A DNA stretch of 64,000 bases from assembly GCA_030390025.1 (NCBI GenBank), contig CM059433.1, positions 22,198,001-22,262,000 on the forward strand, written 5' to 3'. The stretch comes from Squalus acanthias (lineage: Eukaryota). The position numbers and the translations under genes were made by a program. Each line of letters starts with the position of its first letter. Positions within the stretch are counted from its first letter, which is position 1. A model generated the notes under the pieces. It had not been told where the DNA came from, did not search any database, and saw nothing but the letters and a program-made list of their open reading frames with translations. Of this stretch, positions 49,599-62,289 are shown one piece after another.

Positions 49599-52500
49599 GC
49601 TTAGGTGCGAGGGCGAGAAAGAAGAAAGTCCAGTCAAAAATGAAATAGCAGGAATCCCACTGTAGAGGCACAAAATAGATTCTGTGGTTTCAACACTGTG
49701 TGCGCTACCTGCAGTACCTGGGAACAGATGTGGAAGTATGTGGTATGCTTTAAGAAATCTGACAAGGTAAGATGATCCACATTGTCATGTAGACAGTCCA
49801 AGATTCCCTGCCAGAAAATGTTAGCTGTCAAACTGTTCTATATTTACCGCGCACACATGCCAAGCACGCATACAAACTTACAGCTCTTTTATTGTATCAT
49901 ACGCATACCCCTACCTCAGTAGGGTACATTTCCAGGATTAATATACAATTGAAAGCCCTGGCACACATACATCTTCCAAGGGCATTAGGCCGTGTGTTAT
50001 TGAAACAGAATCTAGCTGTATGATACGTTGTCATTTATTGAAACCTAGGTTGGTTTGCATGTTGTGTATGTGAATTTCACTGCTCATGTGTTGCTTCCTT
50101 TAGCTTGCAGCATTTCAAGACTGGCACAACAAGATGACACATGGAAGGCACAATCCCATCCTGGAGAAAGCCCTCTCCTGTGATGTGCAGGTGGCAAAAA
50201 CACATCTTCTCTAAATATGTCCAAGTAGCTCTGGTGAGGACTTGCAAGAGAAATGTCCTTTTTGTGTATTGCTTAAAATGAGCTTTAAGCTCCCTGAAAT
50301 CTTCGTTGAAAAACACAAGTGAATGTAAACAAATGCATTCAACCAAATGCAATAAAGGAACACAAAAAGTAAAAATTTGGCACAACCCAGCTGCCGGAAA
50401 ATAAAAAAATGATAGGCAGAACCTATGACTGCAACCACATCTCTGAGGCCTGGAATGCTGCCTATGCAGTATCTCGGAAAAATCTTGGGAAATGGGCCAG
50501 CTTAATTATAATTGTTTTTTAGCGCATCATGGCGATCTTGCATGTTATCAGCGTGTGATTCCAACAATCCAAGCGCAACACAACCAAATAAAATGACCAG
50601 GCTGCGTGATCCCACGCGCGGCCTACTCCCAGAGTTCCACCCCACCCGTGCTGATCACATGCTCGCAACCAGCTCAATCAGTTGTCAAATTACCCTATGG
50701 TCCTGTTTATGTTAAATGTGATTGGTGAACACTTAAGCGATCAACACTCAGGAAAAGGACTCCAGGGACATGTTGGATAAAAAAAACAAATGATTAAATA
50801 GATACCTTGATATCACAGGAGCAGAAGATTATTCAATGTTTCTTGCTCTAGAATATTTAGTATTCGAGACAGCAACTAATGGGGTGTGGTGGTAGGTGAG
50901 AGGACAATATTCCTAACAGCAGAGTGAAGTTAACAGTGATATTGTGATTGTGATGGTTGTGCAATTACTGAAGAGTACATTGTATCACTTTATATTTGAC
51001 AGATGGCATATATTTGACATGCAAGGTATCAATATATAAACATGGATAGCCTTAAGCAACTAATGTGATGTGACTTTCATTAACCTGATTTGTCTACTAA
51101 GGGAATGACAAGCTCGAATGTTAAAAGTCTTCAGTTTTCAAGCCATGCATCTGGATTGTTTAAGGCTGTTTAACATGAGACCAATGAACAAATCATAAAG
51201 CAGTGTGAAAGTAGAGAAAAATGGTCAAAATTGCCAATCGCATATTATATGACTCTTGCTTATTCGGACATGGGGAAAATATTCCCTCATGCATTACAGA
51301 TGAAGGAAAATCTCCACTATTGCATTGGAAAGAAAGATGTCCTCAACAACTGAGCCCAATATACAATTTGATTATAGAATGAGACATGTCAAATGCAATA
51401 ATGAAATCTTATGCTTAGTCCCAGGAATTCAGAACGAGCTGGTTCTTTGCAGAACATGACAGTAATAGAGTATCAGTTTCACTTTGTTCATTTAACAATT
51501 TAGCAATTATAGTTGGGAAATTGAGTCAATTGATTCAATTCTTCAGTCCTGCGATTTTCAAAAATTAATTCAAAAATGTTCCTCCTTCTTCAGTTGCTCC
51601 AGATACTTCTGGTGATGATCCAAAGTGACAGTCCCTCAGGCACACTCTTTGGCAGAGGCCGGAGAGCCCAGTTGAATTTTCCAAAATAGCCAGACTCCAG
51701 AAAAACTGATTGAGTTCAGGGGCACATCTTGTATCAGTATCAAGTGTTCTCAATTCAGGTATAGCATAGACAAGAGTAAAGATCCCCTTTAGCTTGAGAG
51801 GAGCACCTCCACCACATCAATGTGCTAAGCACTAAGATTGGGAGAACAAAACTGAGGCATACCTTGCATGCACTTTCAGATTGGCAGGCCTGACTAAACT
51901 CTGTCTCTCCCCACTTGCCTGAGTTTGGAGATACCTGATACCGACTATTTCAGTCAAGCGTTGGACATTTAGCAATGGAACTAAAGTTCCATGCACAAGC
52001 TCCTCTCTACCTGAGGATCCTTACAGTCAATAGAGAGAAAAGATTTTCACCCCATCGGCATGGGCCTTGAAATCAAAACCTTAACCCCAGACTAAAAGTA
52101 CAATGTCCTTACCAATATGTTGCCCAGTTGCTCCTTCATACCCTATTTGTTGTTATTCATCACTGGATGGATTTCCACAAAAGAACTGCGGCCAAAGCTG
52201 TGAAAAGTAATTGTTTTTTGTAAATGTTACCCATCTTAGTTTCTGTGAATGGCATACTAATGTTTTAGAGAAAGGCCCTTTGTTCGAACTCTGATCCAAT
52301 GGTATTTGTGCAGCAACAAATTCATTAAATCCCTATTCTTCTTTTGAACTGAGTTCATATGACGGTAATAGGAGTAATGTTCCAAGATATATTTCAGGAG
52401 CTTTTTATTTCATCAAGGGATATGCTTGCCAAGTGGTCTTCCAAAATAGAATAAAAAGTAGGATTAACAGCCTTCAGGACCAAAAGGTTATTGGAGCAAT

Positions 52501-53863
52501 TATAACTTTCTAGCCATTGGCGACCTTTTTCTTTTTTCTTAGTATTACTTTTCTCAGTTGTCCAATACCCATTCAGCTTTCAGAAAGCCTTCGAAATATT
52601 TCAAGGAGAGTAAAGTCCTAAATGAAGTCAAATACCACAGCAATTGGTCTTTTCTACCATTCTGTTAAATCTTCACACATCACTGACTTCACTCTGTTCC
52701 CTAAGAGAGTTTCTTTTCATTTCCCTGGACAATAGTCTGGTAATAGTGCACTAAGAAACCAATTACCTGTTCAGCATAAGAGACACAGGTCACCTCTACT
52801 GGGTTTCCTTGGTTATAGATCCTTGTCAGATTCTTTTGATTCTTCCATAACTCAATAATGATGACACAGGAGATTTCTTGGCAATCAGAGATTGTCAATC
52901 AGAATCAAATGTTTTGACCTGTCTCGCATGACTTATCCTAAACCCAACGTTGTCCCATACAAGGCGGCACTACTTCTGTGGCTCATAACCCCCATGTATT
53001 TCCTCAACAGATACAGAGTATACAGAACAAAAGGTATATAAATCATCACTTCATTAGAAAACAATCACAGTGTTAGTAATTATGATTCCTTTTAAGTTTG
53101 TGCTATTTCGTTTTGGTCGCACCCTTTGATTACAGGTAAATAGAGCACTATTGGACCTGATGTCAAATATATTCGACCGAGAAATCAAAGTGATTATTTT
53201 ATATTCCTTTTCTAACAGGATAATTATAATGAATTAGAAAAAAGATAACCCAATTTATTTGGGAAAAGTTATGGTGGTTCATAGCTATTATTCAAATGCT
53301 GCATTTATACTGAAGGGCGGCCTCCAATGAACAAACTGTCATCGGCATTGGCCATGCTGTGTAAATGACCCGATGTTCTTGTCTTCAGAGGCAGTGACAA
53401 CCTTTTCGAATAGAGCTTTCACTCATTGCCTTTGATCTAAAATGCCCACAGGAGCAAATATAAGCGACAGGTGCCAGTTCCAAACAGGTTCGCTCTGCTA
53501 CATTAAGGTTTGATCGTGGGTAGACCCACCTCTCAAGTTTCAGCCCATCCCCAGAGTCAGAGGAAGATCTGTACAGCTGTTATTGGCCTACGTGGACCTT
53601 GCCCTGACATCGAAAATAGGGAGAACCTGGCTGTCAAAGCTGCAAATGCAATCATATGCATGTGCAGATCACCATTGTTAACTAATCTACTTATCACTAT
53701 TAAAAGCAGAAGATTCAGCACAATGCAAGGTAGCACAATTACTGAGAAGTGCAAAAAGAATATTACTGATTGATAGAACACAGCGACTGTACAACAACTG
53801 TCCGTTGACTGAAGTTTATCTCTAGCAATAGATTATTATTGTGTTTCAATTATGTAAGTTATC

Positions 53864-53962
53864 TATCCTGAAGAAGGAGCAGCAGCTCCGAAAGCTCGTA
53901 ATTTTAAATAAAACTGTTGGACTATAACCTGGTGTTGTGCGACTTCTCATTTTTATCCTGAA
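53864..53962 (+). mobile_element. Penelope pLTR tip with hammerhead motif
   Basis: CTGAAGA-A-GGAGC(agca)GCTCC-GAAA-GC-TC; TATCCTGAA duplicated at 53864-53872 and 53954-53962. Confidence 0.9.
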
Positions 53963-54214
53963 TAGAGTAAGGGAAATTGGTGTACTGACCTTTAAAGTCA
54001 AAGCAACATCTATTTGGTTTGGGTTTTATTTTGTGATGTAAGTTGAAAAGGATGTGTCCAAAAACTTCATTGGGGGTTCTCCCAATCGCCTGCTATAACT
54101 TTAGTGGGAGACCACATCCACTATCTCAGGGCCAATGTCTTTAACAATGTATGTCAACAAATTAATTTTGTTTTTACTTTATCATGAATTTTAATTTGTT
54201 TTATAGTCAGAGAA

Positions 54215-56020
54215 TCTTCTGCAATGGCTTCGCTTCCCACCCCACACTGTTACCTCTGGAGTGCACCCCCCACCCCCACCCCGCCCCACCTCACCCTCAC
54301 CAAGGATCTATTCTTGGCCCGCTCCTATTTCTCATCTACATGATGCCCCTCACCCAACATTCCCCGAAGACATATCAGATTCCACATGTATGTTGATGAC
54401 ACTCAGCTCTACCTCACCAACCCTCTTTGTTGTCAGACTGTTTGTCTGATATCCAGTCCTGGATGAACACTGATAAACATTGAGAAGACTGAAGCCATTG
54501 AGCTGGATATTCTGAGCCCCCCCCGGGTGCGTACGAGGTGTGTACACACCCGTGGGTGCCTCGCAAGTGCCGGTTTCAGGCATGCGAAGCGCACTGGCTA
54601 AAACCCGACACTTGCGATCTGTCATGAATCCTCTTGACAGATCCTCCACCTGCCCGGGAGAAGGGCCGTCGCGGGCAGAGAGTTCCGCTTTCTGCACAAC
54701 TTCCGCCCGCTGAAAACCTTTCAAAATCTTACACCTCGTAAAAGCATGTGTAAGGCCAGCTTTTACCGGCATAAGAGTTTAAAAAAATTAAAAAATATAT
54801 ATTTTTTTCACTCATTTATAATTGTAAAATACTTTTAAAAAAGGTAAGTTTATTTTTAGTCCCATAAAAAACTTTAATTATTTTTTTCAAAAAATTAAAT
54901 TTTTGTTTAAAATATTTAATTTAATGTAATTTTAACTAATTTTAAATACGTGATTTAAATTTTTTTTTTAAAATATTTAACTGTTTTTTTAACTGATCCC
55001 CATTCATACTTTTGAAAGATCTGTGCGTAGAGACCTGTCAAAAGTGTGAAGGGGGATTCCCTTCTTTGATTGGTTCCCTATGGCCCACGTGATCCCAGGG
55101 ATGCTTGCGAACTGCATGCCCCCCTGGGATACCTAGGCCTCTGCGCGCGTGGACCAGGAGAGGCCCAGGATCGGAAGTCTCGGGACCTACGGAGCCAGCA
55201 GGTAAGTGCGTAGATTTTTTCCGATCGGAGGCATCCACCCGCAGGAAGCCTCCGGTCGGAAAATCCGGCCCATTGTCTTTGGACCCCACCACAAACTCCA
55301 TTCCCTAGCCACTAATTCAATGCCTCTCCCTGCCCACTGTCTCAGGCTGAACCAGACTATTCGTAATCTCGCCGTCTTATTTGACCGTGAGTTACGCTTC
55401 CGACCCCATATCTTCTCCACTACAAAGACCGCCGACTTCCACCTTCGTAACATTGCCCGTCTCTGCCCTGCCTTATCTGCTGAAACCCTCCTCCATGTTT
55501 TTGTTACCTCCAGACTCGATTATTCCAATGCTCTCCTGGCTATTCTCCCATTTTCCACCCTCCATAAACTTGAACTCATCCAAAACTCTGCTGCTCGTAT
55601 TGTAACCTGCACCAAGTCCCGTTCACCTATCAGACCTGTGCTCGGTAACATACTTTGGCTCCTTGTACACAGCCACCTAAATTTAAAATTCTCATCCTTG
55701 AGTTCGAATCGCTCCATGGTTTCAACCTTCCATATCTCTGTAACCTCCTCCAGCCCTAGAACTCTCCAAGTACTTTGTGTTCCTCCAGCTCTGGCCTCTT
55801 GTGCATTCTCCACTGCCTTTGTCCCACTGTTAGCGGCCGTGCCTTCAATTATCTAGGGCCTAAGCTCTGCAAAACCTCTTCGGCCCTCTCTCTCCTCCTT
55901 AAGCTTTTGGTCACCTGTCCTAACGTCGCCTTGTTTAACAGTGTCAATTTTAGACTGGTGAAGCTCCTCGGGGCGTTACCCATGTTAAAGGGGCTATATA
56001 AATGCAAGTTGTTGTTGTTT
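54215..56020 (+). mobile_element. L2 LINE 3' region split by a MITE
   Basis: QGSILGPLLFLIYM, FHMYVDDTQL, NIEKTEAI|VFGPHHKL, VTSRLDYSNALL; tail GCTATATAAATGCAAG(TTG)n. Confidence 0.92.
54500..55271 (-). mobile_element. MITE family A copy 4
   Basis: TIRs GAGCTGGATATTC / GAAAATCCGGCCC (10/13); ATT duplicated at 54497-54499 and 55272-55274; removal restores the L2 frame. Confidence 0.92.
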
Positions 56021-56310
56021 CAATTAAAGTATCAAATGGGATCTTATGATCCCAGAAGAGTTTGATTCATTGATTTAAATTATTAATGGCTACCTTAATG
56101 TGATCAGCTAAGGCTTCCTTTATTCCAAAAAAGAAATGTCTTTTTCCCATTGCAAAATTTTTATCACTCAGTATAACATGTATTTTGTACCTTAAACGAA
56201 TATATGTAGATATAAATGGATTTAATAGGATTCCATTTGCATCCTACAAAAACACAAAAGTGTTTTCTTATTAATTAGATCATAAGGAATCTGGCAAGCT
56301 AACACTTGCA

Positions 56311-58240
56311 GGAGCCTACTGTCAACAATGGCTAACATCGATGAAGAAGTCCACCACCGCCTTCAGTGTGCCAGTGCAGCCTTCGGTCGCCTGAGGAAGA
56401 GAGTGTTTGAAGACCAGGACCTCAAACCCGGCACCAAGCTCATGGTCTAAAGAGCAGCAGTGATACCCGCCCTGCTGTATGCCTCAGAGACATGGACCAT
56501 GTACAGCAGGCACCTCAAAGCACTGGAGAGGTATCACCAACGCTGCCTCTGCAAGATCCTGCAAATCCATTGGCAGGATAGGTGCACCAACGTCAGTGTT
56601 CCCACTCAGGCCAACATCCCCAGCATTGAAGCTTTGACCATGCTCAATCAGCTCCGATGGACGGGCCACATCGTCCGCATGCCTGATACGAGACTCCCAA
56701 AACAAGCGCTCTACTCGAAGCTCCGACATGGCAAGAGAGCCCCAGGTGAGCAGAGGAAACGCTTCAAGGACACCCTCAAAGCCTCCTTGAAAAAGTGCAA
56801 CATCCCCACCGACACCTGGAAATCCCTGGCCCAAGACCGCACAAAGTGGAGGAAAAGCATCCAGGAAGGCAGCGAACACCTTGAGTCTCTTCACTGGGAG
56901 CAAGCAGAAGCCAAGCGCAAGCAGCGCAAGGAGAGCACGTCAACTCAAGCATCCCACCCACCCTGTGAAGGAAATAGCCATATAACCTATTCAGAAAAAT
57001 ACACCATTCTATGAAAGAATTCTGGCCTTATTGAAACATGACAAACTGGGTTTGGAAATCTAGAAACCTAACTGAAAAAGCTGTGAAAGCATTCTGGCTG
57101 TAGAGATAAGATAGTTGTTGACACTGAATCAATAACCATATTGAAACAGAAGGTTAAAGGCTCCGGCAGGCTGAACCTTTCGGAATGAAACAATGGTTCA
57201 CCCTGGACAAGGTGTTCTAATTTACACTTCGTAAAGAAGCACATAAAAGTAAGAAACATCTGCCTTCGTAAAAATGACATCAAGTAAAAAACACACCTGC
57301 TGTAACACCGTTTTTTATGGTAAACTTAGAACACCTAGAGAAGAGACATCATTCTGTAATGCTACCAGCTGAGGTGACTAAGAATTGCAGGGGTCAGCAG
57401 AAAAATGACTAGAGATAATTAGCTTACATCAGCAGAAAACCTTAAAGGAAATACCACTGGAAAAGGGTATAAATATTGAACTCTCAAATGGGATAGTAGA
57501 CTCGCTTTAAAGGGGCAAAGTGATTCTCGGCTGCAGAGGCAGCTCTGTAAGTCTCCAACTCTTTGTACCTCAGGGATCAAAGGTATTTGATTTTGGTGGA
57601 TATCCTGAATAGAACTTTAAGAACTGTAAAACTGTAGCGAAGTTAAGATTTGAGAGTAAGGTTCTCTGATAATAGGATTGTAAGCTTTCTCTTTTTGGAA
57701 CTGTTAATGTTGCGATTGACTCACCAACTGTAAATTACATGTCGGTTCTTTAATAAATCTATATATTTTTAGAATTGTCTCACATAAGACTTCTGTATCA
57801 AACTCGCAAACTCAATCTCTGTACACTCTTTGGTGAAGAGTTGCAGAATTCTGGGGGAGTTTTCCAGACCCTCATAATATCCGGAACGTTAGAGTTTAGC
57901 TAAACTTATTAAAAGTGCTATCTGGAGGACGGTAACATTTTCAGGTTGTTCCTTTCCTTTAGGGAGAGATAGTCCAGACCTTTAGACCCAATTAAGCGTC
58001 TTTAGGATTCGGCTACCTCAAACTTTAGTTGAAAGTGAACGTCTGAGGAATAAGCCTGATCCGGGGTAGCCCTAAAGGGGCTAGGACTAGTAATTATCCC
58101 TTCAACCCGCCCCTTCAACCACCGTCTGCCCCACCTGTGACAGCGACTGTAGGTCCCGCATCGGACTTATCAGTCACCTGAGAACTCATTTTTAATGTGG
58201 AAGCAAGTCATCCTCGGTTCCGAGGGACTGCCTAAGAGAG
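56311..58240 (+). mobile_element. RTE-clade LINE 3' fragment interrupted by a solo LTR
   Basis: Highly similar to 42630-43410; resumes at 58105 after the LTR. Confidence 0.95.
56964..58104 (+). mobile_element. Solo LTR (1141 bp)
   Basis: TGTGAAGG...CCCTTCA; ACCC on both flanks; TATAAAT at ~57468 and AATAAA at ~57752. Confidence 0.9.
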
Positions 58241-58496
58241 ATATGCATATATTCACATCATTGTATGAAGCTTTTTGTATCTCTGAAATGCAATATTGTT
58301 AAGTGCTGTCTGTGTTTCAGGAGCCATCTATTAACATCTACTTTTAATTAGTTCATTTTTCTTCCCGTTTTCCCTAGAGCTGATAATTCGGACATTCCAA
58401 TGAGTTAAAAATTCAAGGATACTTACATTCCCCAATTTTCTTTTGTGATCTCATATAGGTTCAGAAGAATCGCTGAACATAAGGGTTATATTACAT

Positions 58497-58828
58497 CATA
58501 AGGAGAAACTGTTTCCAGTGGCGAAGGGTCGGTAACCAGAGGACACAGATTTAAGGTAATTGGCAAAAGAACCAGAGGCGACATTAGGAAACAAAAATTA
58601 TGCAGTGAGTTATGATGATCTGGAATGCATTGCCTGAAATGGTGGAGGAAGCAGATTCAATAACTTTCAAAAAGGGAATTGGATAAATACTTGAAGGGGA
58701 AAAATTTGCACGGCTGTGGCGAAAGAACAGGGAAGTGGGACTGATTGGATAGCTCTTGCAAAGAGTCGGCACAGGAACGATGGGCCAAATGGCCTCCTTC
58801 TGTGCTGTATCATTCTATGATTCTATGT
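58497..58828 (+). mobile_element. CR1 LINE 3' end
   Basis: Collinear with 49265-49598; (ATTCTATG)2 tail. Confidence 0.9.
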
Positions 58829-59927
58829 TTCACTTCCAATCAACGTTCTGATACTAAAGGCAGCACAAGAAGACCTACTGAATTCAAATTGCCAGTAACC
58901 AGAACTTTATTTTATAAATAGAAAATACATATGTCTTCCAGAAAAAGATATTACAAAGGATAAATAACTATATGCAGACTTTTCTGGTTCTGCTTATAGT
59001 ATGTATAGAATGTTTGCTGCATCATATTTCTATTTTAATTGTTAATTAATATATCAGCTATGTAAACCTGAAATTCTGATCTGTGTTTTAATAGCTTTCC
59101 ATTCAAAGAGAGTGTTATAGCATAGAATGAGGCTAGATTTAATCCAATTAGCAGGCAATTGAACATAGGGGAGTTGCTAATCCTCAGGATTACACAGTTC
59201 TGCTAGGCTAGGTTACTGAAAAGGTACAGCATCTGGACTGAAACTACTGAGAGTGAGAAAAAGACATTTTCATACTCAAAATTCTAACAGATATGATGGA
59301 CACGTATCTCCTTTTTTAAAGCACTGACAATGATATGTGATGCTGATTGGACTGCATTGCCTTTTAATATTGTCCTTGTACAGTGTCGCTATTATAATGT
59401 AATGCATGCATCACTCATGCAAATGATTCAAGATGTTGTCATGTGTGCTACCTGCACTATTTTACATGCTAGTTTGGAGGTGCCAAGTGATAATTGCCTA
59501 TGACATTATTACAATCATTTTTTTATGGTGTTGATCACAGAACTATCAGATTAAACTAATCTACCTGCAGCCAGCAGGTTCTGCTCAAACATAGCTCGAC
59601 TTCTTGACAGCTGCCTAGAGATAGTCTGATTAGAAGCCACTAGTGAAGAGAACAGTTCCGTTCCTGTTGTCTGGGCAGAAATTGAGGAAGAATTGTTACA
59701 ATGTTGAGGAATAAAATGAGTGCAGGATGCTATTTTTATACATATAAAGTTATTCACTTGTCGTTTTTAGAATATTTTGGGCCAGAGGTGTAAACCAAAG
59801 AACATCATTGTCAAAATGTTCTTGTTCATTCAGGCATACCTCACCGGCCACAGGAGCTTAGCTGGATTAGTTCGGAGAAAAATCACAACCTAAGCAGACA
59901 CTTTTATTTTTAATCATGATGTCATGT

Positions 59928-60150
59928 TGGTCAGAGTCACACTTGACCTATCAGCCCGAGGACCTACTCAATGGTCAGAGTCACACTTGACCTATCAGCC
60001 CGAGGACCTACTCAATGGTCAGAGTCACACTTGACCTATCAGCCCGAGGACCTACTCAATGGTCAGAGTCACACTTGACCTATCAGCCCGAGGACCTACT
60101 CAATGGTCAGAGTCACACTTGACCTATCAGCCCGAGGACCTACTCAATGG
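59928..60150. repeat. Tandem array, 5 identical 44-bp units
   Basis: TGGTCAGAGTCACACTTGACCTATCAGCCCGAGGACCTACTCAA at 59928, 59972, 60016, 60060 and 60104. Confidence 0.98.
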
Positions 60151-60498
60151 CATTAATTTCACTTTTCCCCCCAAGTTTAGTAAAGGTTCTCTGCTGCTGA
60201 TATCACCTTGCCCACCTCCCCGAGCCAATCCCTGCAGCTTCCAGTTTTGCAGCACAGGTAGGTTTCAGCCATGTGCGAAGGGTTCCAAGCATTCTAAGAG
60301 TGAAGATGACCGTACAAGCTAGGTAATCGATCTGTAATTAAAGGTGCCCCCTTATCCAATTTGTATAACTAAAAAGGATATTTGCAGGGATAATAGTATA
60401 AAAGTATGCTATTATGCACCAGCATTCAGTAAAGTAGAATAAGTCCTTAGTTTCTTCTAGTCAGTTGTGATTAAGTACAATGAAACTACAGAAACATA

Positions 60499-62053
60499 GG
60501 CCGTGATTTTGCTAACCTTGGCTGGTCCGGGGCGGGCGGAGGCGGTGGTGGGTCCCGACCCCGCTGCTGGCTCCATCCCGCTGTCCGAAATGAATTTCCC
60601 TTGATGGGGCTTGTTAAGCCTGCCCAGCGCGTTTCCCCAGCCAATTAGAGGAAGTGTGTCTGGTCACATTATCTGATGACGCTTCATCAGCCGGTTTCCT
60701 TAAAGGGACCATGGCCAAATTTATTTTGACATTTGTGCTGTCAGTGTTCTACAGCATTGAGGTGCTGCAAATACTGACAATGAATAGAAAAAAGGGAGAG
60801 GGATGGATGCAGGTTCTCCCTTGACTACCTCCATATGCTTATGGAGGGAGTCAGAGCACGTTGGGAGGTCCTTTTCCCTTCCAGGACTTCCCCAGGACAC
60901 CAACACAGCCTGGTTGCACATTGCACAGAAGGGCACAAGCAGGGATGTGGTCAGGAGGACCTGGGTGCAGTGCCGCAAACGTTTCAATGATCTCAGTAGA
61001 TCACGAAACGTTAGAACAAAGCCACACTCGACCTCATCCTGCTGTGCCTTTCATCACATCCTCATCACTTTGCCTTTCCTACCCTACTCCTGCACATCCT
61101 TACTCACACCAATGCTCATGTAAAGATTTTGTTAATGTGGTGTCAAACATTGAAACCTTTATTTTCAACACATTGCATTCTTGAACAGATTTGTGTGCAC
61201 CTTTGGAAGTGGCTTAGTGAGTTGCAGTGAATGGTGAGACATAACGGTACCCCCACAATGGTCATGAGTGTGAAAGGAATGGCTTGGGCATTGGAGGGAT
61301 GCTTTATGGTATTGGTGTGGGGTGGTGCCAACCTGGCACATCATGTGGCAGCCAGGGTGTACAGCGTCAAGTGAAGTAAATCTGGCCATGGTGAGGCCAT
61401 CTCTGGCCTCCCGGGCAGCAATGTGGTCGGGTTCTGTTGCCCTGTGTCCTGTACAGCATCAGTTGATTGTGGAGCAGTTTGGTGTTGTTGTTGGTGCTGC
61501 TGGTGTTGGGGCTGATCGTGGTAGGATTCTGAGGCCCAAGGTGAGAGAGTATAAAGGGCACCCATGCTAATGGAATAGATGGCAGGTGAAGTAGAGATGA
61601 CAGAAGTGTGTAAAGACTTGCAGCATCGTGAATCTGTTGTGGAAATGCAGTGAGGAAGAGCTTGTGGCTGAGGGAAGATATCTCTGTAAGGTGGGAGCTT
61701 TTACCTGACATTTGAAGCTGTCAACTCAACAGCAGATTCAATGGCCACTGACCTCCCACCTCAGCTTCAAAGATGTGGTCTAGCAACAGCATGAAACCCA
61801 TGGGCAAGCTGTCAAATTCAAAAGGTCAGTTTAAAGCCATTGTTAAGTGGGTGTAAACAAGCCACTAATCATTTAAATTGGCTCCCCCTCCACTGCGTGT
61901 CGGGTCTGCTCAGTGCTGGCAGACCTGACATTTGGTAAAGGCGCATGGTGGCAGGTTCACAGCGGGGTCCCAACCGGCTGGGGAAAAAAAAAACACTTTC
62001 CCACCCAACCCGCCACCGATCGCGCCTGCTGACACCCCCGCAAAATTTCGGCC
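60499..62053 (+). mobile_element. Non-autonomous Harbinger (1555 bp) with Myb exon 1 (+) and probable transposase N-terminal remnant (-)
   Basis: TIRs GGCCGTGATTTTGC / GCAAAATTTCGGCC (12/14); ATA on both flanks; TNTAWLHIAQ..RRTWVQCRKRFNDLSRS. Confidence 0.9.
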
Positions 62054-62073
62054 ATAATGATTGTTTTCTACAG

Positions 62074-62280
62074 GTGACAGCTGTGGCTCAGTGGTAGCAT
62101 TCTCACCCTCAGAATCAGAAGGTTGTGGGCTCAAACCCCACTCCAGAGACTTAAACACACAATCTAGGCTCATACTCCAGTGCAATACTGAGGGAACGCT
62201 ACACTGTCAGATGTGCTGATTTTCAAATGCCTCATTACATATTAAACAAACGCCCATCTGCCCTCTCTGCCCCATCTGCC
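62074..62280 (+). mobile_element. Deu-SINE 5' fragment
   Basis: TGGCTCAGTGG A box; collinear with 29092-29280. Confidence 0.85.
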
Positions 62281-62289
62281 AGGCTATTT

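Noticed and set aside
56960..58108. ACCC as independent proof of a 4-bp TSD
   Set aside because: The uninterrupted RTE copy at 43261 has the same number of ACCC units, so this TSD is ambiguous; the AGTT and AGCC cases carry the argument.
59928..60150. Possible CRISPR array
   Set aside because: Units are contiguous and identical with no spacers, there are no cas genes, and the context is eukaryotic.
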